Assembly (NCBI RefSeq): GCF_024521635.1
Contig: NW_026250420.1
Coordinates: 310,001-374,000, forward strand
Length of the DNA stretch: 64,000 bases
Direction of reading: 5' to 3'
From: Tricharina praecox
Lineage: Eukaryota
Part shown: in pieces, positions 40,901-53,999 of the stretch
Layout: each line of letters starts with the position of its first letter
Numbering within the stretch: the first letter of the stretch is position 1
Translations under genes and position numbers: made by a program
Notes under the pieces: generated by a model
Database searches by the model: none
Told to the model about the DNA's origin: nothing
Seen by the model: the letters and a program-made list of their open reading frames with translations, nothing else

Positions 40901-43900
40901 AGAGTAGAGTACGTGCCGTCCGCGAACAAAGCGTGCAAATAGGTACCGTATAGTCGTCACACCTGGAACCATTGACGCAGAGTGAGTACATACACATCTA
41001 GATACCGTAGAGTACTCACTCTACTCTACCCAGAGTAACAGGTAATATAGCATCAGGGGTTCGGACCGGCACGATTCGTCGAACACACCTATTAACAGGA
41101 CGAGATTCTTCGGAAACCCCCTAGCCGATAACTAGCGATTATAATTGGGTCGATAGATACTCGATAGTTACTCTGTGTACTCGACCTAAACCCATCGCTG
41201 TAGAACTCCGAGGAAAAGCTCCAAAAATTCACAGATCCCAAGAAAAGGAGTGCATGCCAACTTCCAAGCATAGGCAGATCACTAGAGTACCTAGGAGGAT
41301 AATTAGTCCGGCCGGGCCAGGCCAGCCGCACAGGTGTTTTTTTTGGTTTTTTGTGCTGGTGTCAGTGGTCTGTCTCGGAGGGATTAACCCTAACCTGCGT
41401 TCGGCGACACGGCTAGAGTCTGTATGTAGAGTAGGTACTCGGCTCTATTGGAGCACATGTTGTTCGATCGAGGTGTTCACGGCCTAGGTATTCTACAGAC
41501 CACGGCTCCGCCATGTATAAATGTGGAATACTACCTAGGTATATAGGTAGTAGTAAGTCTCAAAGGCATATGTTATGTGGGTACCTTTACGTCCTAGGTA
41601 GCCAAGAGGATCACCCTTCCCCCTCCCCTGCCGTGCGTCTGAAGGGCGACGGGCTTCCTCACAACTTGATGTCCCCACCCCTCCCACCGGTGCGCCCTTT
41701 CGCGAGGCGTCTATATGGTTCCCCACCACCACCACCACCACCACCACCACTGGAGCAGTGCCCTTGCCATACCCTATCATAGGAGCTTCAGATGGATGGC
41801 CTACATACCGGGAAATCCTTGGGGTGGGTCTGGGTGGGTCTGGGTATGGCAGGAGCTCGTTACCAGGAACCTAATGTGGCTCAGCCTTGTAGGAACTGGG
41901 GGGTAGAGCCCGGGGGGACTGCCGCGGAGAAAGCCCACAGGTTCCAGGTGGATCGGAGATAGCAGAACCACATTTAGGTCGCCGGGAAAGTGGTGTCTGG
42001 GAAGCTGAACCATGTTGCGAGGTACGGTGGAGTACCTGGCCCGACCATCTATGTACGGTACATAGCTATGTATTCCGCACAAACCATATACATACTCCGG
42101 TAGAGTAGAATAGTAAAGAGACCATAGCCATCGGCATCAGCACCATTTCTATTCGCCCACTTGGAAGGCTCATCAAACCCACCCAACACAAGGTATCCCC
42201 GAAAATCGGCATCAGCATCAGCACTTCCATTCGCCGGTTGAATTTGGAAAAGCTCATCAAGCTCACCCAATAAAAGATATCCTCCGAAATCTGCACTTCC
42301 GAGGAGGAGAAAAGCCACGCCGAATTGACGACGTCTCGGAGAGACCGGAAGAAAGAAAGAAAGCAAGAAAGAAAAAAAACGCGTCGTCCGAGTGGGTTGT
42401 TGGCTTGTCTCGCATTGGGCCGCGAAGGTGGCCATCTCGGGATCAATGAGCCCTTTATGGACGGTCGAGCAATACCGTACGGTAGGTAGGTACATACGTT
42501 GGCTCGAATCCCAGCTCTAGATGTCCACCCCGTCGGATTTCAATAACAGCTGGGTCAAGATTGCCAGATTGAGAGTCCGAAGTACCTATATGTACCATAG
42601 TACACATCTAGGAGGGGAGGCCGGGCACCGTGCGCACGGGCCAGCGCTTAGGCAGAAGCCAATGGTGTAGAGTACCTGTGTACTCCAGAGTGCGTTGGTG
42701 ATGTTTTGTGCTGGGGAGGGGGGGGGGAAGGTTGCAGTCGCCTGTTTGTTTAGTCGCGTGAGGTGCATTTCCAGTTAGTTAGTGGATGGTCTGTGCACGA
42801 GGTCGCAGTTCGTATGACGTTTCGTGTAACGGGCCATGTTCATCTTATCTAATCTCATCATCGAATTACGAAAACCCCCACACCGCTGACAGTGATTCTT
42901 CAACGACAGGCGTCCCCCCACGCATGCAACCCCCACGACACTTCGACTCGACAGTACGGTATGTGGGTATGTACTACCCCCGTGGCCTGCCATCGATGAG
43001 TTAATTGGGGGTCACTTCTCCTGAAGAAGGCGACATCCGATGCTGCTACTCTACGTAGTGTTTCGTGGCTGTTCGCTGTTATGGACCTACATACCCGAAC
43101 GAACTCACCGGATCTTCCTGCCTGAAGCTGTACACTCCATTCGCCCTCCTCCCCCCCATCACCTGCATTTCGCCTTACCCCGCGCTACCAATTTCCCCAG
43201 GAGAGGTTACACATTTACACACGGCATGGTCCCCGCGAGATCGGCTGTGTCTGCGCCTATGGTGTAAAGTAGAATAGTACTCTGGGTAAGGGCGAAAGGA
43301 TTAAAAAAAAAGCACGGTTCGGCGACTTCGGGATCCAGTCCGCTTGCATGGTTTCATCTCAACATACATACACACACAGAGAGACACCACACCCTCACGT
43401 CAACGGGTGATGACGAACGGAGATGCTGTTGACTGGACTGGCAATTGAAACCTGTCGATCATCATCCATCTCCGTCACCCGCCTTTTTGTCAGCGAGTCA
43501 ACGGCGACCGACTGCTACTATAGATACAAAGTAGGTAGATATGGGGCGAAGGGATGTGATGGGTAGCTAATATTGGGTCGTTTATCTGTGCCTCCCGCCC
43601 GCCCAACCCCGTGGGCAATGGCTGACTGACTGGCTGGATGACTGGCCGGCGCTGGACGCATCAACTGGGTGGTATCATACATACTTTTTGTGCGACTAAA
43701 AGATGCAGACGGTATTCTGCCGTCGGATCCGATCCACAAAAGAAAGCAAGAGCACATTACTAGCCCGCCAACTATTCCAACTACCTCTCAACTCGGGTTG
43801 GGACAAGCACAAGCTGCACCGTGCAAAAAATTTCAACTTACCCGGGAGATCTGAGACTGGGGTACAGCTTCGATCTTCTCCCCCACTCGATGGAAAGTGG

Positions 43901-46900
43901 CATCAACGAGGCGGCGGTGGTGTTGTTTGGGAAACAGTGGGGTCTACTAGTACCGTCGTTAGTTACAAGCCACCACAACAACAAGCCCACGCTTACCCCA
44001 CCAACCCATGTATTCGTACCTACCTGAATACTTTACCTATGCATCCTGCCAGAAAGATGGAGATGTACGGCCTGCCAGGAGGAAACGTACCTGGCGTATT
44101 CAGGAACGCCCGTGCGTTAGTTTCGGTGGTGGGGACGGGAATGAGGTTGTGCTGGTGACTCCTGAGTGAATGACAAGCTATGAAGAATTCGGTGTGAACC
44201 GTCGGGTTTTTACTCTGGCTCTATCGAAGTGAACACTTCCGAGGAGGCATGGAGGATCTCGGGGAAGGTACACGCATTCGATATCGAATTTTCCTACATA
44301 CCTTGAACCGAGAGACCGAGTAACTGTTGTGGATATAAGGGCGGCAGCGCTCTCCAATAGCCAGTCCACCCAGGGGGAAGGGGGGAGGGCATCCATCCTT
44401 AGTATGTACCATACTTTAATATCAACATCCATGTCGGTCTGACACCCAGTCCCCGGTCCCAAAAAAAACGCTGAGATTGAGGGGCAGCATTGCTTTGCTT
44501 TGCGGACGGCGTATCTGCCTTTAAATGAACCGTTCGTTATCACATCCGAACAACCACCGCTCCTTACCCCTCTCCCCCGATGTTGATATCTCCAGCCGAT
44601 GGATGAGCCCATATAGTGCCGTAGTTTTGACGATTCAGAATCGGCCATGCACCGTTAGGGATCCATCGACCGGCCGTTCCCTCCCTCGCTCCCTCCCTGC
44701 TTTGGCTGCCGCAGCTGACGCGTGAGAATACCGTCGTATATACATACAGGTAGGTACATGAATAAGAATGAATGCACCATATGTTTCCATCTGGAAACTT
44801 TCGCGGGAAAAAACAATACGGAGTGGGGCTGTCTCGCTTCTCCTGGTACCGAAATAACGGGCAAGGTATGGCCTCCTGATCCTGATCCTGATTCGCTTTT
44901 ACCGCCAGCAGCGGCGGATGGGTTCTGTTCCGTCAACTTGGAATCAGTACCTACATAGGCAACGACCTACATACCCAGTCAACCCAACACCAGGTACATA
45001 CAAAGGGTGCTTGCTTGGCTGCCGGATCTTGCTTACTTCAGACCCACGACCCATGGGTGATGGATTACCTACTACATACAACCGCTCTGCATGTGTTGGC
45101 AAAAAGCAGAAAAAATGAGTATCTATTCCACCTGAATTCCGCGCAGACGGACCAGGAAGAAGAAGAAAGAGAAGAAGAAGAGATAGACAATAAACCGCAT
45201 CCCCTCCTCCTCCTCATTGCGAGATTCGTCACCAAGGCAGTGGTTGTATGTAGGGAGGGGACCGCGATGAATGGTCACAAGCAACAGATCGAGGCCAAAA
45301 AAGCAAAGATGCTACTGGTGAATGTGTGTGTGTGCGTGCGCGTCTGTGGGTGTCTATGGGTGTCTATGGGTGTGACTGATAACGTCGCCGGGACTGGTTT
45401 GCGACGGAGGCATTCTTCTGTGCTGTCTGCTGTCTGCTCAGTCTGTCAGCGTTGCTTCCAGCTGGCTGTCGACGACATATCATCATATCTGTTGGTACAT
45501 CACTGGTCCGAAAGCATTGGATTGTGGATGGATGGATGGATGGGTGGATGGATGGATGGATGGATGGGTGGATGGATGGATGGATGATGCGTGTGGATCT
45601 ATCACTGTATGTATGTACAACCGAACCGTGAAGATGGCCCCAATCCTACCTATGATCTCCGTATCACTTGACTACCGTATTGCTCGAGGTGTTGATCACC
45701 GGTGCACCGACACCGAGTGCGAGTGATGCCAGCGCAAACCGCCCAACTACCTACCTAGAGTCCTAGACCCATCGAGATCGAAGGGAGATTTGATTGTCCG
45801 TGCAAAAAAAAGAAGGCATGTGGACCGGACTGGTCTTACTACGGTTATGTACGTTGTATTAAACGCACCTACATATACCCTCGACATGATACATATGTAC
45901 CTAAGTAAATGCCTAGTTGTTCGTCTACATACCTGTAGGTCGGAATAAATCTGCACCGTCCATGTCGACCATCGGATTCAATTGCAGAATGCACACAACG
46001 CAGTAGTAAATCTCTGGAGACTAACTATGCCTATCGGGATTGTTTTACCCAGGGTTGCATCTGATGCAATCTATGGACTCCTATCTTCGGCTTCAGCGGT
46101 CGGGAAGTGCGGGGGGAGAGGTGGGTCGGAGGGGGAGAGGATTTGGAGGGGGGATTTCTGTGTTACGTTTTACTGTTCCCAGAGTGCCTATGAAGAGAAA
46201 AAGAAAAAGTCATCTGGCCATGGATCTTGCAATATTTACACCACTAATAGGACAATACCTTACCTACAAGTAACTATTGGCTGACCATAGCGAGTAGGAA
46301 AGTAAGTAGGCTACCGTTTCCCAATGGAGCAAAGACATGCAGCTGTACATATGTACATATGTACCTTGTGCGTGGGAAACGTAACGGGCTGAGGAACGAA
46401 CTGGGGGTCCTGGGTTAGGCCGTTTGATTCCTGGTCACGAACTCGGAACCCCTGATGATGGCGGGGCAGTGCCACAGTGGGTGGCGAGGAAGATCGGTCT
46501 GTCTAGAGCACCTACGACCCATCTGGTCCGGATCCCGAAGGTTTACCGTGATCACCTGATGGGTGGTGGTAATCTACGTGAAGGACCAGCAACATTGGAG
46601 GCAGTTGCCTAGCTTCTGAGCAAAATGATAGTTGTTGCGTAAGAGGGTACGCTAGTTTGATACGTCAGTACTACTATATACCGTTGTGTACCCGAAACCT
46701 ATCAATCTGGGAGAGACTTGTGGCTGGTCTTCTATGGTATATTAGTAGTTTAAAGTATGTACTCTCGTTAGAGGTGTGCTCGGGTCAAACGGCTGCGGGC
46801 CGCTAAAGTTGACCAGTGAGATAGTTAACGGCGGCAGTCATTGGTGTCAGAGGAGACAAGCCTGGCCACGGATCGACGACTACGCAGCCAGCAATTACAA

Positions 46901-47476
46901 CCTCAACACCAGTGCTCATCTTCATGTGTGTATGTACCTATCATACATACCCTCTCACCATCTCATCCATCTCGTAAGTGCGTCCACAGTTTGTCATAAC
47001 AAACGGGCCACGTGCAATACAGTACACCGATCTCCGTGTACAGAAGCCTGTTTTTGAAACACCCAATGACTTCTCGCCAGCCGATGCATGATCGCCCCAT
47101 TTCATCACTCATATCTGAGGGCCAATAGACTGGTACATATCAGGCAATAGTGGTTACCCCATCTGTTCGTCTTCCTGCCTGCCGTCCATGAATCCCGAAT
47201 CCATGCATCATCAAATGTATAAAGTATCGGGTGATCGTCGATGATGCAGTCATACTCGCACAATCGTGTCGACCGGTTTGCCGTCTCGAGCCATGAGATG
47301 TAGCCAATCACTACAACTGGAAGTGAATATCCCTCGCCCGCTGCTCTCTCCTCGTTGTCGACTTCTCGTCCATCTGAACCGGAATGCTCAACTTGAGTTT
47401 TGACGAGCAATTACGCTATACATCGAGTATGTACATATGTAGAAGAAGTCGTGTCTACTCGAGGAAGCCCTCATTG

Positions 47477-47561
47477 AGAGAGAGAGAACATCAATTTATT
47501 GTCGCATGCAGCCTTACTAGACTATGGCGACTACCAACTTCCCAACCTTTCCTGCCAAAGA
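47477..47561 (-). mobile_element. 5'-truncated non-LTR retroposon 3' end (85 bp) with perfect 12-bp target-site duplication
   Basis: AAGCCCTCATTG occurs at 47465-47476 and 47562-47573. On the minus strand the insert ends ...GCATGCGACAATAAATTGATG followed by a (TC)n tail. It is homologous to 55667-55751. Confidence 0.85.
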
Positions 47562-48952
47562 AAGCCCTCATTGTACATACATACATACATGCAAATTGGA
47601 TTGGATTGGATTGGATTGGATGGGATGGGATGGGATTGGAGTGGACTGAACAGGGGGACTGGAGTCTGGGTCGGTGATTTGGTGATTTGGTGATTTGGTG
47701 AAGTACATATGCGGATCGTTGGAGGCGGGATATGGGAGGAGGTGGGAAGAGGGGGGACATGTAAATAAGAAGTAAGTATGTATGTAAGTAATGGATATGC
47801 CGTGCGGTTAGAACTTAGAACTTGGGGATTGTCGTTCCGAATAGTAAATGCTAGTATTTGACCAGGTCACCAAGGAAGTTCGTGTGAAATCGAAGGTGTA
47901 AAATCGAAGGTGTAAAATCGAAGGTGCTGGCGGGGCTCTGGGGAATACCTTCTCTACACAGGTAGGTATTATACCAATGGCCAGAACACCTAGGCCGGAT
48001 ACCTACCATAACTACCGTACTGCTGGCGAACCGCCGAAAAAACATCTTCATCGAATCACCGTAAAGTCTAGTTACTTACTTACCTAATGTACTCCAGTGG
48101 AATAGGTACCGCTAGGTATGACTCGGCCAGTCGGAGGCTGGCCACTTCCCGTCTTTTCTCGCCTCGTCTGGTTTCGTTTCGTTTCGTGCTTTTCGTGCAA
48201 CGTTAAGCTGAGAACGCGGGTGATACTTCATGCAGTACTGAGCCTGTCGGGACTCGGCATGGCCATGGAGCGCCGGCTGTACTCGGTCGTAGTTAACCAA
48301 CCTCGAGCTCCGATAATGCCCCACCACCTTCAGACGCATGGTCATTACGATAGCCGGTATGTAGCAGGTGTCTTCCATGCCGGCATCTAGAAACGCGCAA
48401 TTGTACATGTATAGCCGCGGGAAGAGGGATCCACTCTACTCTAGCTGGAGGGCGTATGCATTCCCAACTATACGTCCATCGCGGCAGGTGGGAGATAATC
48501 CGCTTAGATAGATACTGGTGTTTGCATCGATCCATCCCACCTGCAGGCATAATAATCCGAGGCATTGTTTCGCTAGTGCATGGTGGGGTGCATTTCGACA
48601 GCCGAGGCACGCGGGGCAGGTTTTGCGGGTGCGTGTATGCTCGTACAACGGCCGCGCCGGCTACGGGCTGCGATTGCGATGCCATGGTGAGGACAATCGC
48701 AATACAGTGCGGAGTTGGGACCCCGCTAGAAGGGAGAGGAGCGGATGGGGGATCTGCGTATGTATAAGCTGCCCGTCCGACCCGTGCCAGGTCGGTTGAA
48801 GTGGTGCAAGTCCGTAACCACGTCCCCTTCATCCTCCCCACACATCATATCGCTCCAGACGTACCGTCGCCGGACCATCTCCCCAAACCCCAGGTTCAGA
48901 TACGCTCGCCAATTGCAGGAAATAGAAACAGAACGGAACGCACACAGGCACG

Positions 48953-50724
48953 ATGACTATCCAGGAGTGGACCGCAAAGGTGTGTTCGTACGTTCGTTGG
49001 GATCGCCAGCTGGCTAGCTAGGTGCGGCGCGACTGACGTGTGTGTGGCGGGGAACGGATAGATCAAGAATAAGGACCTGTTCATCTCGTCCGCCTTCATC
49101 GATGGGGGATGGGTATCCGCGCAGGGCGGGGCAACGTTCGATGTTTATGGTCTGTCCCCGCTGTGTCCAGTGTCCATATCTCTGGTTGTGTATGTATGTG
49201 AGCTGATGAGTGGTGACGTATGTAGAACCATCGACTGAGGAGGTCCTTGGAAAGGTCGCCAATCTTAACCGCGACGACATCAAGCGGGCAATCGTGAGTG
49301 CGGACGCGGCGCAACGGGAGTTCTACAAGACCTCCACGGCTGCGGGGCGGAGTCTCCTCCTCCGGAAATGGAACGATGCGATTCTTGCCAATGCCGATGA
49401 CTGTGAGTTTCAAATGAGATGGAGTGGTTTTTTCTGGCGCCAGGATTGACGGGATGGATGAATATAGTGGCCACAATATTATGTCTCGAAAACGGCAAGA
49501 CCTTCCTTGAAGCCAAAGGCGAGATCACATACGCCGCCAGCTTCGTCTCCTGGTTCTCGGAGGAGGCCACACGCGCTTACGGCGAGACCATTCCCTCATC
49601 CTACGCCAACACCACCGTCCTCACGCTCAAGCAGCCCGTCGGCACGTGCGCCATCATCACACCATGGAACTTCCCAGCCGCCATGATCACGCGCAAAGTT
49701 GCGCCTGCTCTAGCAGTCGGCTGTTCGGTCGTCATCAAGCCTCCGTCCGAGACCCCGTTCACCTGTCTTGCGCTCACGAAGCTGGCCGTCGACGTGGGCA
49801 TCCCCGCCGGGGTCATCCAGGTGGTCCCTACGAAGGACCGGGAAGCGGCGACGGAGCTCGCGACGAACCCGTTGATCCGGAAGCTTAGCTTCACGGGGTC
49901 CACCGGCGTCGGAAAGATGCTCACGAAACTGGCCGCGGGCACGATGAAGAAAGTTAGCATGGAGCTCGGTGGCAACGCGCCGTTCATCGTCTTTGAAGAT
50001 GCCGATTTGGATCTTGCCGCTGAAGCGGCCATGTTCTGCAAATTCCGGTGTTCCGGTCAAACTTGCGTCTGGTTTGCCACCCCCACCCCCACACGCATCC
50101 CCACTATCAATCCTCCCCCGCTAATGACCCCACCACAGTGCGAACCGTCTCTTGGTGCACAAATCCATCGCACCGGCGTTCACCGCCAAACTGGTCAAGC
50201 TAGTCAACGCGCTCAAGCTCGGCAGCGGCATGAACCCTTCCACAACCATCGGGCCACTCGTGAACCGGTCGGGCGTGACCAAAGTCGCCAAGCACATCCG
50301 AGACGCCGTCGCCAAAGGCGCCAAGATCGAAGCCGGCGGCAAGGAACCTTCGGGCCCCGGCTTCTTCCACGAGCCCACGGTGCTCTCCGGCGTTACCGCC
50401 GATGCGCTCGTCGCCATTGACGAGACGTTCGGCCCGCTCGCGCCCATCTTCGAGTTCGAGTCCGAAGACGAGGCGGTGACCATGGCTAATGCGACAGAGT
50501 TTGGGTTGGCTGGGTACTTCTTTTCCCGCGATATCGGCCGCGTGCTGAGAGTCGCTGCGGCTCTGGAGTGCGGCATGGTCGGCATCAATACCGGGAAGAT
50601 CTCGGCGGCCGAGGCCCCGTTCGGTGGCATCAAGGAGAGTGGCGTCGGCCGCGAAGGAAGTCTGTACGGTATGGCTGAGTACCAGATTATCAAGAGCGTC
50701 ACTATCGGGAATACGCATCTTTAG
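48953..50724 (+). CDS. UGA2: Succinate-semialdehyde dehydrogenase, ALDH5/GabD family (exons 48953-48979, 49062-49149, 49226-49402, 49468-50071, 50139-50724)
   Basis: ITPWNFPAAMITRK, SFTGSTGVGK, ELGGNAP, catalytic GQTCVCANR, ETFGP, PFGGIKESG.GREG. Orthologue versus paralogue of UGA2 is not resolved. Confidence 0.9.
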
Positions 50725-52425
50725 GCATGTGTATGTTTTGTCTTTTTGGTTTTTTTTGTATAATTATGAGATCTACGAATGAACGCTGGTTTTGGATGCG
50801 CGTTCGCATATGTACTCACTCGATGTGACGTTTATGCACGGGGTTTGGAGGGCAACGCTACGTAGCTTTGACAGCTATCGGCTAGGGACAGCTAACATAT
50901 GTACTCCACATACATACATCGCTGGGGCCATCTCGATTCTCGAGACCACCGTGTTCCTGGTGATGGGGACCGTGGGGTTGGGTGGGGTTCAGTGTGGGGT
51001 ACATACATCCACGGCTATCTACATAGAGCCGGCCGATCATGTACCATCACTCCGGTCATTATATTTAACCGGATTCCTGACCGTGTGGGTACGTGTTCGG
51101 AAAACAACTGGGACCGCAGTAGTGGCAACAAGCTGTCGGCACTTCAAGTCTTCACCCATCGTAGCCGGTTGTCTGGGGCGAAGATCCCCCGCTAAAATCC
51201 GCTAGAAGGGAGCGACAGACAAGATCGTAGGTATGCTTCCTCGGGCGGCGTGGTTGTATTGGATGGAACAGTATTGTTGGGTGGAGCTACGTCAATGGTT
51301 ATAACTCCAGAGATAATCATATATCCGTATTCGCCATGGAATTGGATTATGAGATGGATATAACCAGCCATGTGTGGACTGTGGACTTTAGAAAGTGAGT
51401 TGAGCCGTTGACGCTGATTCATGTTCACTCTCGGTGCACCTCACATGACGCCCACACACAATTCAACGATATGATGCCATTCGAAGAAGCTAAAGTTCGG
51501 CTGGTTGGCTCGGTGCTGTCGGAAGTGGTTAAAGAGAAGAGCGAATAAATCGCGTACATACTGTCTCTGCAAGAACAAAAGAGCGAGAGCCGTGTATGGT
51601 GAGGTACTCTACATCGGCGGCGGTGACGGCGGCGGGATCTCGAAATCACGACGCTTGGAACATCGGCACTATATATGGTGAGCGGATTAATAGGTAAATT
51701 AGTTGCATGAAAAAAACCTTACCTTATGATGATGATCCGACATTCTTCCAACTTCAATCGCAGCTCGAGGCTCTACTGCATGCAGGTGATTAGCCTGAGC
51801 TTAACCCTACTTCCGTTACACACATCAATCGTAGGTACAATCATCTCTGGTCTACAGCAGACTTATTTTCTCCTGCGTCGAAACGAAAGGGTGCAGGTCG
51901 GGAAGGGTGGAAGTCCATACGGTAGAGAAAATGCTAGTATCGGGTGGTATGTACATAAAAGGCGCCGTGGACTCAGGTCAGCGTCCTCATTACTCTGAAG
52001 CAGCTCTTGGAAGCCGCGCCAAAGTTTCATGCAGAGTGAGGATACACATTCGTTGGTCGAAACGAATGGGAGCTTCAGAACTCACCACCGCAGCGAGTGA
52101 CTGAGAATGATTGCTTTACGTGCAGATCACGTGTTGGTTGATTGTAAATACACAAACACTAATCCCATTGACTTTTATCTCACTCAGCGATCGACAATAA
52201 AGTGTTTCGGCGCCGGTTAGGTTAATCGGGTGCATTGTTGCTCGCGTGTCTGCAGCAGGCTGCTGTGGCCATTGCGATTGGCATGAAGCACCCCAGCCGA
52301 GTTACCTTCGAGCACAGGACTCACTAAAAGTGTGAAGTAGCTTTAACACGCAACCACCCACCCCCACCTAACGCCATCATCACCACCTCCATCTCCATTA
52401 CTCTACCGCAAACCAAAATTGCCAC

Positions 52426-53999
52426 ATGTCGTCTTCCAACAGCAGTAGCATTACTCCTCCACCATCGCTAGACCAGCTATCCGACGCGCAACGGCAGGCG
52501 CTGGAACAAGTCACCTCGATAACAGCCCAAGAGCCGACACAAGCTATCCCCTTACTACACCTCTCGCAATGGAACGCCCAGGTAAGCAGCCTCTCCTTCC
52601 CGCCCCTTTCCTTCTCGAGTATTGATCTCCTTGCTCCTAGATCGCAATATCCCGGTTTTTCGACGGTGAGACCGCCGACTCTGTTGCGGAAGCTCTTCAA
52701 GCCGAAGAGTACGCTCGCGCACAAGCCGCACCTCCGCCGCCGCCGCTACAAACACCCACCGCCGTCCCCCGACGCATCAACACGGCAGTCCTTTCTCCTG
52801 CACCTCGGATAGTCCCACAACGCGATGCGGCCGCGCGACGGCCACCGTTCCTGATTTCAATACTCCTCTTCCCTTTCTCGCTGGTGTGGCGGATCGCAAA
52901 TGGAACGATTGGCCTTATCTACCTCATTTTTCCGTTCCTACCGCGTTTCCGCGCGCTCCAACAGACACCGACGCCTACAACGAAGCGTTCGCTAAACCCG
53001 CGAGACACGGCGGCGCGCTTCATTCGCTCGTTCGAAGAGGAATATGGTTCCACATCTGGCCTTACCTGGTTCGATGGCGGCTACGCGCAGGCACTGGATC
53101 TCGCTAAGAAGGAGCTCCGATTCCTGCTGGTAGTACTGCAAAGCGACGAACACGACGACACGTCCGCATTCAATCGGCACACATTGACGTCCCCCGAAGT
53201 GGTTTCGTTCGTCAAGACGCACAACATCATCCTCTGGGGCGGATCCGTGCAGGAGAGCGAGGGCTTCCAAGTAGCCACCGCACTGGGCTGCACTAAGTTC
53301 CCCTTCGTCGCGCTGATCACACACGCACCCAACACTCCGCCCAGCGCCAGCTCGCAGGGCATGAGCGTGGTTTCGCGCGTTGCCGGCGTCGTCACCCCCG
53401 CCGCCTTCACCCAGAAGCTCCTAAACGCCCTCAACACCCACTCCCCCGCGCTCGAACGCATCCGCGCTCAACGTGCCGTACAGGCTGCGGATCGCCAGAT
53501 CCGCGATATGCAGAACAGCGCGTACGAAGCTTCGCTAGCGCGTGATCGGCAGCGGGCACGTGAGCGCAGGGAAGCGGAGGAGGCGGCTCGTCGTGCACAA
53601 GAGCAAGAGGAGCGTCGGGTTGTCGCGGCCACTACGCTTGCCAGGAATCAAGAGCAATGGCGAAAGTGGCGCGCCTCGAATATGCCGCCGGAGCCCAAGG
53701 AGGGTGCTGTTGCTAGAGTATCCATCCGCACCACGGACGGAGAGCGTGTGGTGCGCCGTTTCGAGAAGACCACGACTATGGAGGAGATCTATGCATTTGT
53801 TGATTGCTTGGGCGTGGAGTGTGAAGGAGGGGAGGCGAAGCCTGTCGACTACGAGCATGAGTACTCTTTCCGCCTTGTCAGCCCCATGCCTCGGAAGGTG
53901 TTCCTGCCCGACGGGACGACGGTGGGGCAAGAGCTTTGGCCGAATGGGAACCTGGTGGTCGAGAGCCTGGTGGATGATGATGAGGACGACGAGGAGTGA
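52426..53999 (+). CDS. UBA-like / UAS / UBX domain Cdc48 adaptor (FAF2/Ubx2-Ubx3-like; exons 52426-52581, 52641-53999)
   Basis: UBA-like N-terminus (L..SQWNAQ|IAISRFFD), hydrophobic hairpin, UAS domain (GGYAQALDLAKKELRFLLVVL), coiled coil, and UBX domain (RVVRRF...FRLVSPMPRKVF...LWPNGNLVVE). Confidence 0.93.

Noticed and set aside
42498..42525. GGCTCGAATCCCAGCT resembling a tRNA T-arm or a 5S rRNA 3' end
   Set aside because: No cloverleaf or upstream 5S similarity could be built.
47105..47410. 101-aa minus-strand ORF with protein-like composition
   Set aside because: No recognisable family, splice support or start context; it could be a decayed fragment but cannot be supported.
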